Assembly (NCBI GenBank): GCA_023515725.1
Contig: JALDTO010000164.1
Coordinates: forward strand, 191,642 to 255,641
DNA from: Amoeboaphelidium protococcarum X5
Taxonomy: Eukaryota > Fungi > Aphelidiomycota
Direction: 5' to 3'
Length of the DNA: 64,000 bases
Part shown: in pieces, positions 53,111 to 64,000 of the stretch
How the letters are laid out: each line of letters starts with the position of its first letter
How positions within the stretch are numbered: position 1 is the first letter of the stretch
Notes under the pieces: model-generated
What the model saw: the letters and a program-made list of their open reading frames with translations, nothing else
What the model was told of the DNA's origin: nothing
The model's database searches: none
Translations under genes and position numbers: made by a program

Positions 53111-55498
53111 ATGGTGAATCCCAATGAATCGGTATAGAGTATTCCTGACAGTTGGGTGTAGAGAAGTGAAAAGTTGGTCAAAGTGACCGGTGAATATCCT
53201 CTGAATGCAGAGACTCCCATTGACAGTTTGTAGAAGGATTTCATCACACCTACTCCCCTCTTGTATGTTAGAAATCATGGAGCGGTGCCTAAACTGAACG
53301 CTGATAAACATAAGTTGTATATTACTGGTCTGGTTGAGAGAGAACTTACTCTAACATTGGAATAGCTTATTAATGAGTTCGATTCCACTGATGTGACGGT
53401 CACTTTTAATTGTGATGGGTTTCGCAGAAAGGAATTGAATATGATCAAGTAGTCTACCGGTAACAACTTTTCGATTGGTGTGATATCTACCGCTACTTAT
53501 ACTGGAGTACGACTGGTGGATATTTTTGAAAAAGTTGGCGTTAAAGGTGGTGTAAAGCATGTTATAATGACTGGCAGTGATGATTAAAAACACGGAAATT
53601 ACGAGACAAGTATTCCGTTTGATCACGCTAGAGACAGCAGTAATGAAGTTCTGATTGCATATAAAGTCAATGGTGAACCCCTGCCTCCTGATCATGGATA
53701 TCCAATGAGGATGATAGTCCCCGGCTTTGTTGGCGGGAGGCAGGTGAAATGGCTCAAGCGAATCATATTCTCTGCCTCAGATAGTGAAAATCATTATCAC
53801 TTGTATGATAACAAGGTGTTCCCTCCCAACATTGACTCGGTGGAGAAGGCTCACCAATCCGGAATATTCAAAGATCCGCTGTATATTTTGTATGAAATCA
53901 ATATAAACTCGGTAATCACAAAGCCGTAGCATGATGAAACTATTGATATAACATCATGTCACGTTGACTCTGAATACGAAGTCTCTGGGTTTGCGTACAG
54001 CGGAGGTGGTAGACCATTGCAAAGAGTTGTGCTTTCATTAGACGAAGGCAGAACTTGGCTCCAGTGTCAGCTGAATGTTAATGAACGTTAGAAAAGTAGA
54101 TGGACTTGGACCTTTTGGAGCTGCAAGGTACCGCTGTGGTCTCTGATCAGAGCAGATTACATAACAGTGCGAGCATTTGATAATGCACTCAATACTCAGC
54201 CTGATAAGCCTATCTGGAATTTGATGGGTATGATGAACAACTGCTGGTATAAAGTGAAGACGTGCATGCAACCATCAGATATTAATGGCCGTCACAGCAT
54301 TCTTACGTTCAAACACCCAGTGTTACCTGCCAAGTAGTAAGGCGGATACTTGGATAAGGCGAACACTGTGGGGGAGTTGCGAGAGTTATCAAAGAAGGTG
54401 CCGGATAAGCAATTCAGCTGGGCTGAGGTGAAAAAACATGTGTCCAGGGATGATTGTTGGTTGGTGATTGACAATGAAGTGGTTGATGTGTCCAAGTTTA
54501 TGAAGTTACATCCGGGCGGTGGAAGTCCGCTGATGTCCGTGGCTGGTAGAGATGCGAGTTCTGAATTCCATTCAATTCACTCGATGGACGCGGTGCGAAT
54601 GAAGATGAATTATGTTATTGGTACGGTGTCTCAAGAGCGCGAGTCGAAATAGTCACAGCGTTAGTTGAGAACTCCTACTGGTAGACTAGTTGCTCTGAGT
54701 CCTCGCAAATGGACTCGAGTCACTTTGGTTGAGAAGGAGCGTTTATCACAAGACTCTTTCAGATTCAAATTTGCATTCGAGAACAAGAATACCGCTCTAT
54801 GGCTGCCTACTGGATACCACATAATGCTGGGTGGCCATATTCATTCCAAAGAACCCGATGAGTTAGTAACGAGACCATACACTCCTGTAAGACCGGTGGT
54901 GCTTGATGACGAAGATGGTACATTCGATTTGGTCATCAAGATTTACTATCCACATCACAATCGACCGGGAGGAGAGTTGACTATGGCCTTGGATAAACTA
55001 CAGATCGGTAGTGTAATGGAAGTGAAAGGTCCGAGTGGCACCATTTTGTACCAAGGAGATGGTCTGTTCTTTGTTAATGGTCGATACCGGTATGCAAAGA
55101 GGATCTCTCTACTCGGTGCTGGTTCAGGTATAACTCCACTTCTCCAGGTTTGTACCAAAGTTGCTAAAGACCAAGGTAAAGATTAATCTGAATTGAGAAT
55201 GATATACAGCAACAAAACTGCCGATGATATCCTATGCAAGCAGTAAATAGAAGATTTGTAGTCGCAGCTTGGCGAACGATTCAAAGTCTTTCATACAATC
55301 ACTGAACAAGATAAAGTTCCCAGCGATTGGACAGATGGTGTTGGCAGATTGAATAAAGAGATGATGCGCGATAATTTGTACCCATTCGATGATGATACTG
55401 TGGCACTAGTCTGCGGTCCTCAAGGATTTACCGACAAGGCATGCATCCCACTCCTGGAAGAACTTGGTTACGATGAAGATTCTATTTACATATTTTGA
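53111..55498 (+). CDS. Eukaryotic NAD(P)H nitrate reductase(-like): Moco, dimer, cytochrome b5, FAD and NAD domains; 795 aa, intronless
   Basis: YVRNHG, Moco Cys in CDGFRRKELN, PDHGYP, GGRQVKWL, GMMNN. b5 with HPGG and a second His. RPYTP, GAGSGITP, CGP. Confidence 0.9.
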
Positions 55499-56019
55499 GA
55501 AGTTTGATTAAGTGATTTAAATTGCTGTCAATGTATCAATCAATACGATTACTCTTAGATTCTAGTAGTTTTTTAGCGGTGATGATTAGCTTAGTTACCT
55601 CTCTCTAATACGGAAACGCGTCGCAATATATCTGTGAGAGCAGTTTAATATTGTAACTACAGTCAGTCCTTTGGCATTAGATTGTATCGTAATTAGTAAT
55701 CAATATATTTGAATGTATCTATTGATTTTACATAGACTGATTTATATCATGAAGACAGATGATTTAAATTAGTGTAATTTTTATCTCAATACAAATTACT
55801 TCTTTGGGTTCTAAGACGATTTTCTACAACATAAGGGCAATTGTTTGAACCCAATCCCTCCGTGACTAATTTCTGCTAAACCTCCTCTCTCTGGCGCGCG
55901 CTCTTGTTCTTTCTCCTTCAGTTTACAGTCATTGCCATTCATTCAGTTATTACTACTCACCGCAAATCTTCAGTATATTCCGTATCGCACTATAATCATC
56001 AAGTTCATAATCTATAGAA

Positions 56020-59000
56020 ATGAGCAATCTACCTGCTATATAAAATTTGTCCTTGTAAGCACAGTAGTAGATTAAGGCTGTGGAACCGATATTCAAGATT
56101 AGTAAAGTGCAGTTTGAATGGAAGGGCAAGTGTGTGGATCTATGTGTTATGAATGATACGCTCATAATGGCTCTGGATACTGACAGTCTGCTGAGAATAG
56201 ATTTGTAGAATCCAGCCAGAGTTGAGGAAATCTAGCTGTATGCCAATGTACCCAAGCAGTCAATGTCTGGCAGACGCGGAATTTACAAGATATTTCTGGA
56301 CTACTCTGGACATCATCTTCTCATATCCACTCTTAATGGCGATGTATTCTATCTGTATTATACCTGGAAGCGGGCAAAACTGCTGCAGAAAGTTAGAGGT
56401 TTTCAGATTGAGTGTGTCGCTTGGTGTAGAGACTCGGTGCCATTTAGTCGCCGTATGGGTGCCGGAAGATAGTCAACTGGACCACTGCTAGTCAGCACCA
56501 GAGATGGTTATATCTATGAGTTGGAGTTAGATCCTGCTGAAGATGCCTTCTTGAAGCGGGAGGAGCGGTATTGTAAGCTGATTTATAGAATGAATTTGGA
56601 TTAGGATTAGCGTGTTATTGGTATTTATTATGATTAGTTGAGTGGTAAAAGTGGCGGTACTGCCCGCGAGAGTGATCGTTCTAATTAGCATTACGTTATT
56701 ATTGCCACTTAGAATAGGTTGTTCCAGTTCAGAGGCTCAGCTAGTCCTATTGATTCTACACAGCCGTCTTTAGAGTCTATATTCTTACGATATCCTAATG
56801 ATCGAGACATGAACTATCAAGAATTGCCTGGCAGTTTGGGCATTTCTGAGTTGAAGCTGCTCTTCCATCATTAATAGAACAGGCTCAATAGTGGAATGTA
56901 CGATGGTGGCTCGTCGAATCTCTTATCCAATGCTAATATTGGCCATTTAAGATCTCTGGCGTGGACTATTGCACCTGGTGTTTACACCGCCACCATTGAA
57001 GATTAGCCTGACGGTATTGTGCATAACATTCAGCTGTATCCTTATCCATCACAGGTTGACTCTAAGACTGGAGAATTTCATACGCCTGCTCCCATGTCTA
57101 TGGCCTGCACCGCTTTCCATCTCATCCTGCTGTACGATGGAGTATTGAAAGTTATAAATCGCATGAATGACGAAGTTGTGTATGAGTAGGCGGTAAATTT
57201 CTTGTCTCAGAGTCGTATTTGTGTTGATTTAGTAAAGAACACCTATTGGATATCTGATGCTGGTGCCCTGTATGAATTGGTTATCACCGATGAGGATCGT
57301 GATGTATGGCAGTTGTACTTGAAGCGTAATTAGTTTTCAGCGGCTCTAGAACATGCCAAGACAACGGTGTAGATTGATAAGGTTAGAAGATCGTAAGCTT
57401 TGTATTATTATCAGTAGAAAAGATTTGTATTGGCTGCCAAGACGTTCGCCTAGACAAGTATTCCGATCGAAGAGGTGGCTCTGATGTTTATGGAGCATCG
57501 TGAGAGTTTGGTCAACAACGGAGACAATAGCTCTGATTATGCCAATATCGATTCTCTTACTGATTAGAAATTAGAGTCTCTTGTAGTTTACCTCGAGTCT
57601 AAAGCTCTAACTCTTTCTGCTGAGGATCAAGTATAGAAGGCACTTATTAACACCTGGTTGTTAGAGCTGAAATTGAATGAGATCCATTTACTCAGATAGC
57701 AGCTATTGTTTTCACATCGCAGCAATGGCGTGTAGAACTAGAAGGAAGACCGTGATAGTAACTTGAAGCACAAATTGGAGTAGGCTTAGAGTAATTTCAA
57801 GCGATGGATCTCTAATGCTCAGGTTGCAGAATCTCTGGATTACTAATCTTCTATTGCAATGATTAGAGAGTACGGGTGTGAAGATGAGATGATTTATTTG
57901 GCGGAATTTAATAAGGACCACTCTCTATTGCTAGAATATTATAGCGAAAGGTAGATGGTGGATAAGTTGTTTGCAATTTTGGATTAGCTCAAAGATTCTG
58001 AATAGATTTATCAGTATTCGCCATCATTAATTGTGTAGAAGCCTTATGAACTTGTCGGTTTGTGGATTCGATGTTCAGGACTTGATCCTTAGAAGCTGTT
58101 GCCTGCAATGGCTGTATATAACGCTTAGTTTGCCGCTGATAGTGCTAGTGTACCATCTCACAAAGAGCATCAAGTTGTCAGGTATCTCGAGTATTGTATA
58201 AATAGACTCGCTGCTACTGAGAGTGAGATTTGCAATTTACTCCTGTCTAGTTACGTACAATGTAATGCACCTGATGAGGTCATTATCAGTTTTATAAAGT
58301 AGATTCATAATTTTTTGGATCTTTAGAATGCACTGAAAGTCTGTCTGTAAAATGATCGACAGTATGTACTCATTGTCCTGTATGGCTGCATGAAAATGTA
58401 CGATAGTGCTGTTGATTAGGCATTACAGCTTAAAGATGTTGATCTGGCCAAGAAATTTGCTCAAGAGCCGGAAGAAGACCTTTAAAAGAGGCGATTGCTG
58501 CAAAAAATCTACCAATATATCATTGATGAATGCAAAGATATACCTCGGGCTTTCAAAATGCTGGAAAGTGATTAATTGGTTGGGATTGAACATCTGCTAG
58601 CTTTACTTCCTGAAGATGTGCCGATTAATGATTTTAAAGAGCATTTTTACAATGCAGTGGAGATGCACAAGTACAGAATCGATGAAAGTAAGAAGGTGAT
58701 GACTGTCGCTTCTCAAGATGCTCAGAGAATAAGATAGAGATTAGATGAATTGCAGAGCAGAGTTATCAAAGTATCTCCCAGATCTAAATGTTAGCTGTGC
58801 TCAGTCCCTCTTTTCTCTCGCTCATATTACGCGTTCAGCTGCGAGCACTTTTTCCATTAAGATTGTCTTATTGCTTAGATGCTGGATGACGTGCTGAGTC
58901 CAAAGTTGTAAAAGCACGTTATACAACTGCAGAGAAAAGCTCAAGAATTTAGAGACTAACAGATGATGCATTAGAGAAGCTCTGTAATCGATCCTTTGGC

Positions 59001-59160
59001 CTAGAGCGGTGGGTATAAACTCAATCCTCATCAGTAAGAGTTGGATGACTTGGTTGCTGCAGATTGTATAGCTTGCGGTGATATTGCAGCCAAGTCGATA
59101 GATAAGCCTTTGATTAAGACTCGCGATTTAGAAGAGTTGAATGAATGGTAAATCTATTGA
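56020..59160 (+). CDS. VPS18: HOPS/CORVET subunit Vps18, ~1046 aa
   Basis: IYKIFLDYSGHHLLIS, TAFHLILLY, DEDRDVWQLYL, C-terminal RING CQLC...FSCEHFFHQDC...LDDLVAADCIACGD. Confidence 0.92.
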
Positions 59161-59185
59161 TAATAACACATCTGTCACTAATTAA

Positions 59186-59728
59186 TCATTACTAATCAGC
59201 GTACAACTGGCAGTCTTGTAATATATCTAAAATTGCCTTGTGATGTTTCGTATTCTTCAGCTGCCGGCTCAGTTCTATCATCTTTTACGCGTTTACTACC
59301 ATGTGTACATTGTTGTAAGGCTATTGCAACTTGGAGTCTTCAACAGCGGTGTATGTACGCATCAAATCTTGCATCTATTAATCTATAAGTTGAAGCGACT
59401 ACTTAACCTGATTTATTTTCACGTCCACACGACTAATATTGTGATTATAGACTTGCTACTTGGATTCTAACGTGCGAGCGATGGATTCCGATCGTGGTCT
59501 CTCATCATCACTCTGATGGATGTTGTCACCAATATAAGACAAGTCTACAGCAGAATCGCCATCTTCAGTGAACAGAACAGACAAGCGCGTCATTCTCCGG
59601 TGTGGATGGTCAATGACTGAGCCAAATTCTTCCCGATACATATCTTACAGCAGTTTCTTTTCCTGATACAATTGTCTTTGTTATTTCAACGCAGCTTGTC
59701 TTTACGATACCAGTTTATTCATTTCCAT
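59186..59728 (-). CDS. Hypothetical coiled-coil protein, 180 aa
   Basis: ATG 59728 to TGA 59186-59188, in frame with track ORF 59456..59641. Heptad-like Q/K/L-rich segments. Confidence 0.6.
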
Positions 59729-60243
59729 TTCAACATGACGCTTACTGTGTGCACTCATACTTGATTTTTAAATAGACTTTCAGATATATAATTGAGCTAC
59801 AGCTGTAACAATTAAATGTTATTTTTTTTAACGTTATTAGCAAAGAAAGTACAAAAATTAAACAATGATAGAGAGGTGATAATTGTTTCAGAAAACGTGA
59901 TTGATTCGACCCTGAAACATGTGAAATCGAGACACTCGAAGTTAATATGACGGAATGTTTACACCTAGTAATTACAGTTTGAAACACTGAATATACGGTG
60001 TTATCCACGTATCTTAACGATATATGCGAAATATGTTGCGCTACAATCTAACGTAGCTGATATGGCACTCAGGATGACTTAAAGAAGGTAAATTGGTGAA
60101 GGCAATCGAATCTATTGTACTTGTACTATCAATAGATTCCAACTCCGCGGCAGTGGCAATACAAAGTAAACAGAAAGAAAAGCAAGAATATGAAAATATT
60201 TGGAATGAAGTACTATATATATAATAACTTCATTCAATATTAA

Positions 60244-60470
60244 ATAGTGCAAAGGCACTACCCAGACCCGAACTGCTGCCAAGGATCCACCTGTCATCTC
60301 TGCGCCAGAAGGTTTTACGAACAGTGAGTATTAACTGAACGCTCCCCTTACCCGGCGACAGTCCCACGTACTAGCCTATAACATTGAGACGGTCAGTGAA
60401 GAGTAGCAGATTCGAGGATTCACCATGCAGTCAGCTCGGGCCCAGTCGCTCCCATTTGTTGTGGGCCATG
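60244..60470 (-). ncRNA. Candidate structured RNA (unassigned family)
   Basis: GC-rich island. 60427-60443 pairs with 60264-60279 (16 bp, 3 G-U, 1 bulge), 60385-60395 pairs with 60356-60366, and there is a terminal hairpin at 60244-60261. The wobbles work only on the minus strand. Confidence 0.42.
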
Positions 60471-60504
60471 GTACCATCTAGGTCCATTTGGCCAGATTTT
60501 TTAT

Positions 60505-60668
60505 GCACCGTAGATTATCGTGCTAGTAGAGACTTAAGTCTTGCTACCATTATTAGACACCGTGAATTATCGTGTCAATGTAGTTCATTTTCATCTTTTT
60601 TATGCACCCTTCATTATCGTGCTTCTTTTATCTTTTTATATGTCTTAAGCACCTTATCTTATCGTGCT
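60505..60668. repeat. Four interspaced copies of RCACC-N5-TTATCGTGY (dyad GCAC-N11-GTGC)
   Basis: Copies at 60505-60523, 60556-60576, 60604-60622 and 60648-60668, with periods of 52, 47 and 45 nt. Confidence 0.8.
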
Positions 60669-62431
60669 GTCGTCGTCTTTGTTACAAACGTCTTAGAGTA
60701 GCGACTTTACTCAAAGGTATTAAAGAGATCAAATGAGTGAACCGATATGCACCAACAGAGAGTTGGAAGCATTAGTGAGCTAGACCGCAGATGTTACCGA
60801 GGATACAGATTGAAGACATTACCATGGTGAGCAGAGAGGACAAGGTACAATCGATACACATAGTACTTTGACCGAGACACACAAAGTAGACACCTTGCGC
60901 ACTGAGGACTATCACACCTACACATTACACTTATCATTAAAATAACACTACAAAAAGTGATGTCTGAAAGATAAGCGTACCGAGTAAGCGCAACAACCAG
61001 ACCATTGTTGGAGAAGAATCTAGCAGCGCCATCAACCTACAGCCAAAAGCAGGTAGACGAGGAACAGGAAACAACAAGCTGACCACATACTGAGAGGCGG
61101 ATGAACAGGAGGAGGAAGAAGCGACATCAGCAGGCAAGTAGAGTGGAGACAACCAGAAGCAGATGCAGTTAAGGGACAAGACTGTGCAGAATCATCAGAA
61201 CTGAGCAGTGGAGACAGAGGCAGGCAGCTATTGTAGGATAGTTTCAGAGGTCGCAACAGATGCTTGAGATGTTAGTAGCAATAGCAGGCTGCAGTGAGGG
61301 AGGCATATCGCAGTCGGGGTGGACCAGCAGATACCAACTATCAGAGTATGATAATGTTGGATTGTATTATCTAGCAAGAGTTGTTTGAAGAAGAAGAAGC
61401 AGGTGAGTTGTTGGAATTGTGGAGTTGGAAAATCTCATTGTTTACTCGATCGCGTACTTGTGAAACGAGGCCTCGCCTTTGAATCGATGGGCCTCTATAG
61501 TCAACTCGGTCAGATTTGGTTCAATTTACCTCGCTACTTCATTATGAAGCGTTTCAGAACACAAGCTTTATGCTGATATAAATTTCATGTGCAGAACTTG
61601 ATAAAAGCATAAAGACAGGTGGTATATTATAGAAGCAAAATCTGAAACGATCGCGATGTCGCTGAAACGTCGGCTCGCTCAAGTGCGCGCGTTCGTTTCA
61701 GAGCAGAACATGTAAAACCGTTTCGCGCTGCTTGAGAATCATGTCAGATAGTTTGAATACCGCCAGGAAATTCACATGTCTTATGTTCTAGGATGGTTAT
61801 CGTTAATAACAGTCTTAATTTAAGTCTTCTTAACTGCTGTAGTCCAAAGCTTTCACTTTTGGGACTGTTCATCTTGATGAGCTCTGTTTTCATCGCTGCT
61901 TGGACAATGTCGTTCAGTGGACACGACGGAAGGCCTTTAAATTGACAGACTCTAAGCCATCATCCATAGATTAAAATGTAATCTTATTCTGATTCTCCAG
62001 CGATACAGATATGTTTATCACTACTCAATGTGAGAACTGCAAGTAGCTAAATATTTTGAAGGCTACTTCTGTATAGACTAAAAGCATCACGATCTCTTGA
62101 TAAGAGTTTCACACGCAAAGATGCAATCCAACTTTTACAGTATTTGTAACGCGATAAAACAAGCTCGTCAATATCAGCGCGCATATGGATATGCAGCAAC
62201 ATACTGAAAATCCAAATCTGTATAAAATGCAAAGATAGTTTTTAAATATAGATGTAAATATTATGGCGAAGTATATTTTAAATAATAGTTCAAGCCGAGA
62301 CCATTAAGTACCGCTATTACTCCTTCGACACAATAAGCATTTCACCAAACGCGTCTTTGCAAAATTTTTGATAAAACGGAAAAATTTCATTACGATTTTG
62401 TTCTTTGTCAAAAAGTAAATTCGATTTGATA

Positions 62432-63886
62432 ATGTATCGAGCTTTGACGTAATTAACGCCCAGGTATACGCGTCTACATGCTATAAAGTCTGCGTCTTAT
62501 CGGTGTTATTCAAGCTCTGTTGATAGTGAAGGGTTTGCAGAGAAGAATGACGCTTTAAAGACGTCTATCGTGTCTGATAAGAACGACAGTCTCCATGACA
62601 ATCATACCGAGTCGCCCCATTTGGACTTTGAGGATGAAAGTGAGCTTGCAGATTTGATTCAAGATTAGAAATGTGATGGTGCTTGGAATTAATTTATGAA
62701 GCTTACTGAAAACAGTAGTAATACGCCTGATCACAGGGAAACTGTGATGCCTCTTCTCCGACTCATCTGCCGTCACGGTGTAAAGTCTTTAGAGACGCGT
62801 AGACGAATCAGTTATCTTCTGGATAGTCTACATGGACAGGAACTGGTACTATCAGATCAATGTCGCGTCATGTTAACTCTGCTCGATTTTGGATATTTAG
62901 TGCAAGCTCGCGAGTGGTTCGACACGTCCATAACTTTGAACAAATGGAATCAGCTTAAAATTGATGAGTAATCCAAGCATTTACGTAGAAAAGTTGAATC
63001 TGTGTGGATTGAGCGTCTGATATCTATCTAATAAATGGATGAAGCTATGGCGATATTTCGATGGAGCAAGTAGAGGAAAGAGAAGACTAGTGTGGAATTA
63101 CATACAGGATTTATTAGAGGATTTCTTAAAGCTTACAGCGTAGATCCAAAGCAAGAATATTTAGAGAAGGCTCTGAAATTTATGGAGGCTCAATAGCCTG
63201 AGAATAGTTTTGCAGTGAGTCAAGAGCTCCCTCGTCTTGTCACGGCTACATTTCAGTGCATAGCGTCACAGTTGTAGAATGCCGGACTGTCGCCGCTTCT
63301 TTTAATGGCGTTTAAAGATTTGGCTCAGTATAAGAGAGACGATAAAGTGGAGCATATCCGCGCTGAATTGTATAAAGTAGAGTAATTTGTCAGATTAGCA
63401 CACTCAACTAACACAGTGACGCCTCACAAACATCTTCTGTTGGACAAAGCCGATGATGAACTAAAATTGTATGAGTCAGACCTGGCTAGTCTCAAGGTGA
63501 ATAAGCATATTTGTCTTCAGTTTATACATGGCTATGCATTACTTGGACTGACAGATGATGCGTAAAGGTGGTTTGAGGAATGGCGATAGTTGCCCGTTGA
63601 CGCGGATCATGAGCGGATGAAGAGTAAAGCTTGGGGCTTTATGATGTGGGCCAAGGTTAGGAATATGGCTCTGGACGAGAAAGATAGACTGTTGCAGTGT
63701 CGAAAGTTTTTCGATGTTATGGCATCTGAAGGTTTGTAGTCGACTGAGGCCATGAACTGTCTCTTGCACTCTTTTGCCAAGTCAGAGTCGCTGATGAAAT
63801 TGAAAGATTCCTTGCATCTAGTTGAAGAGATGCAGCTCAAGTACTCTATACCTTTGGATTTATACTCATACTCTATCCTCATTGAT
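62432..63886 (+). CDS. Pentatricopeptide-repeat-like mitochondrial protein (3' end unresolved, probably continues after an intron)
   Basis: R/S-rich presequence-like N-terminus. PPR-like motifs VELHTGFIRGFLK, AMNCLLHSFAK and DLYSYSILID, followed by a GTAAGA donor at 63887. Confidence 0.65.
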
Positions 63887-64000
63887 GTAAGAATTAATAA
63901 AATGTTAGTATCAGTAAGATATTGTATTGTATCTGACTCTTTTAAAACAAATAAAACGCTTGTTTTCTTTTGCACCGGTAGTGTTTTGCACCTTGCACCC

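Noticed and set aside
60244-60500. SRP RNA, RNase P/MRP RNA, telomerase RNA, snRNA, or HDV/hammerhead ribozyme
   Set aside because: I found no helix-8 motif, convincing P4 pair, CUAACCC template, snRNA signature or CUGANGA/GAAA core by eye.
60505-60668. CRISPR array
   Set aside because: The repeats are only about 19 nt with a variable core and four copies. The context is eukaryotic and there are no cas genes.
63970-64000. Three TTGCACC motifs at the window edge resembling the array half-site
   Set aside because: They lack the TTATCGTGC arm and are truncated by the window, so they cannot be assessed.

Overview
This is a compact eukaryotic nuclear region with about 33 protein-coding genes, short intergenic gaps and a few 50-65 nt GT-AG introns. 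It uses a non-standard genetic code: TAA and TAG are read as Gln and TGA is the only stop, which is why the supplied standard-code ORF track is fragmented. Re-read this way, nearly all of the window resolves into intact genes. The set mixes fungal-type proteins (Gap1-type RasGAP, ILV2, nitrate reductase, Kre9/KNH-like secreted protein) with amoeboid or animal-like machinery lost in Dikarya (WASH, CYRI/FAM49, ROD/KNTC1). With the UAR=Gln code this points to an aphelid such as Amoeboaphelidium, which is an inference. Unexplained features include a 60.2-60.7 kb locus with a minus-strand structured-RNA candidate next to four regularly spaced GCAC-N11-GTGC repeats, a shared 11-mer upstream of three cell-division genes, TAR codons enriched just before TGA stops, a stand-alone nitrate reductase with an altered active site, and orphan secreted and 7TM proteins. 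All translations and family assignments were made by hand, with no database searches.
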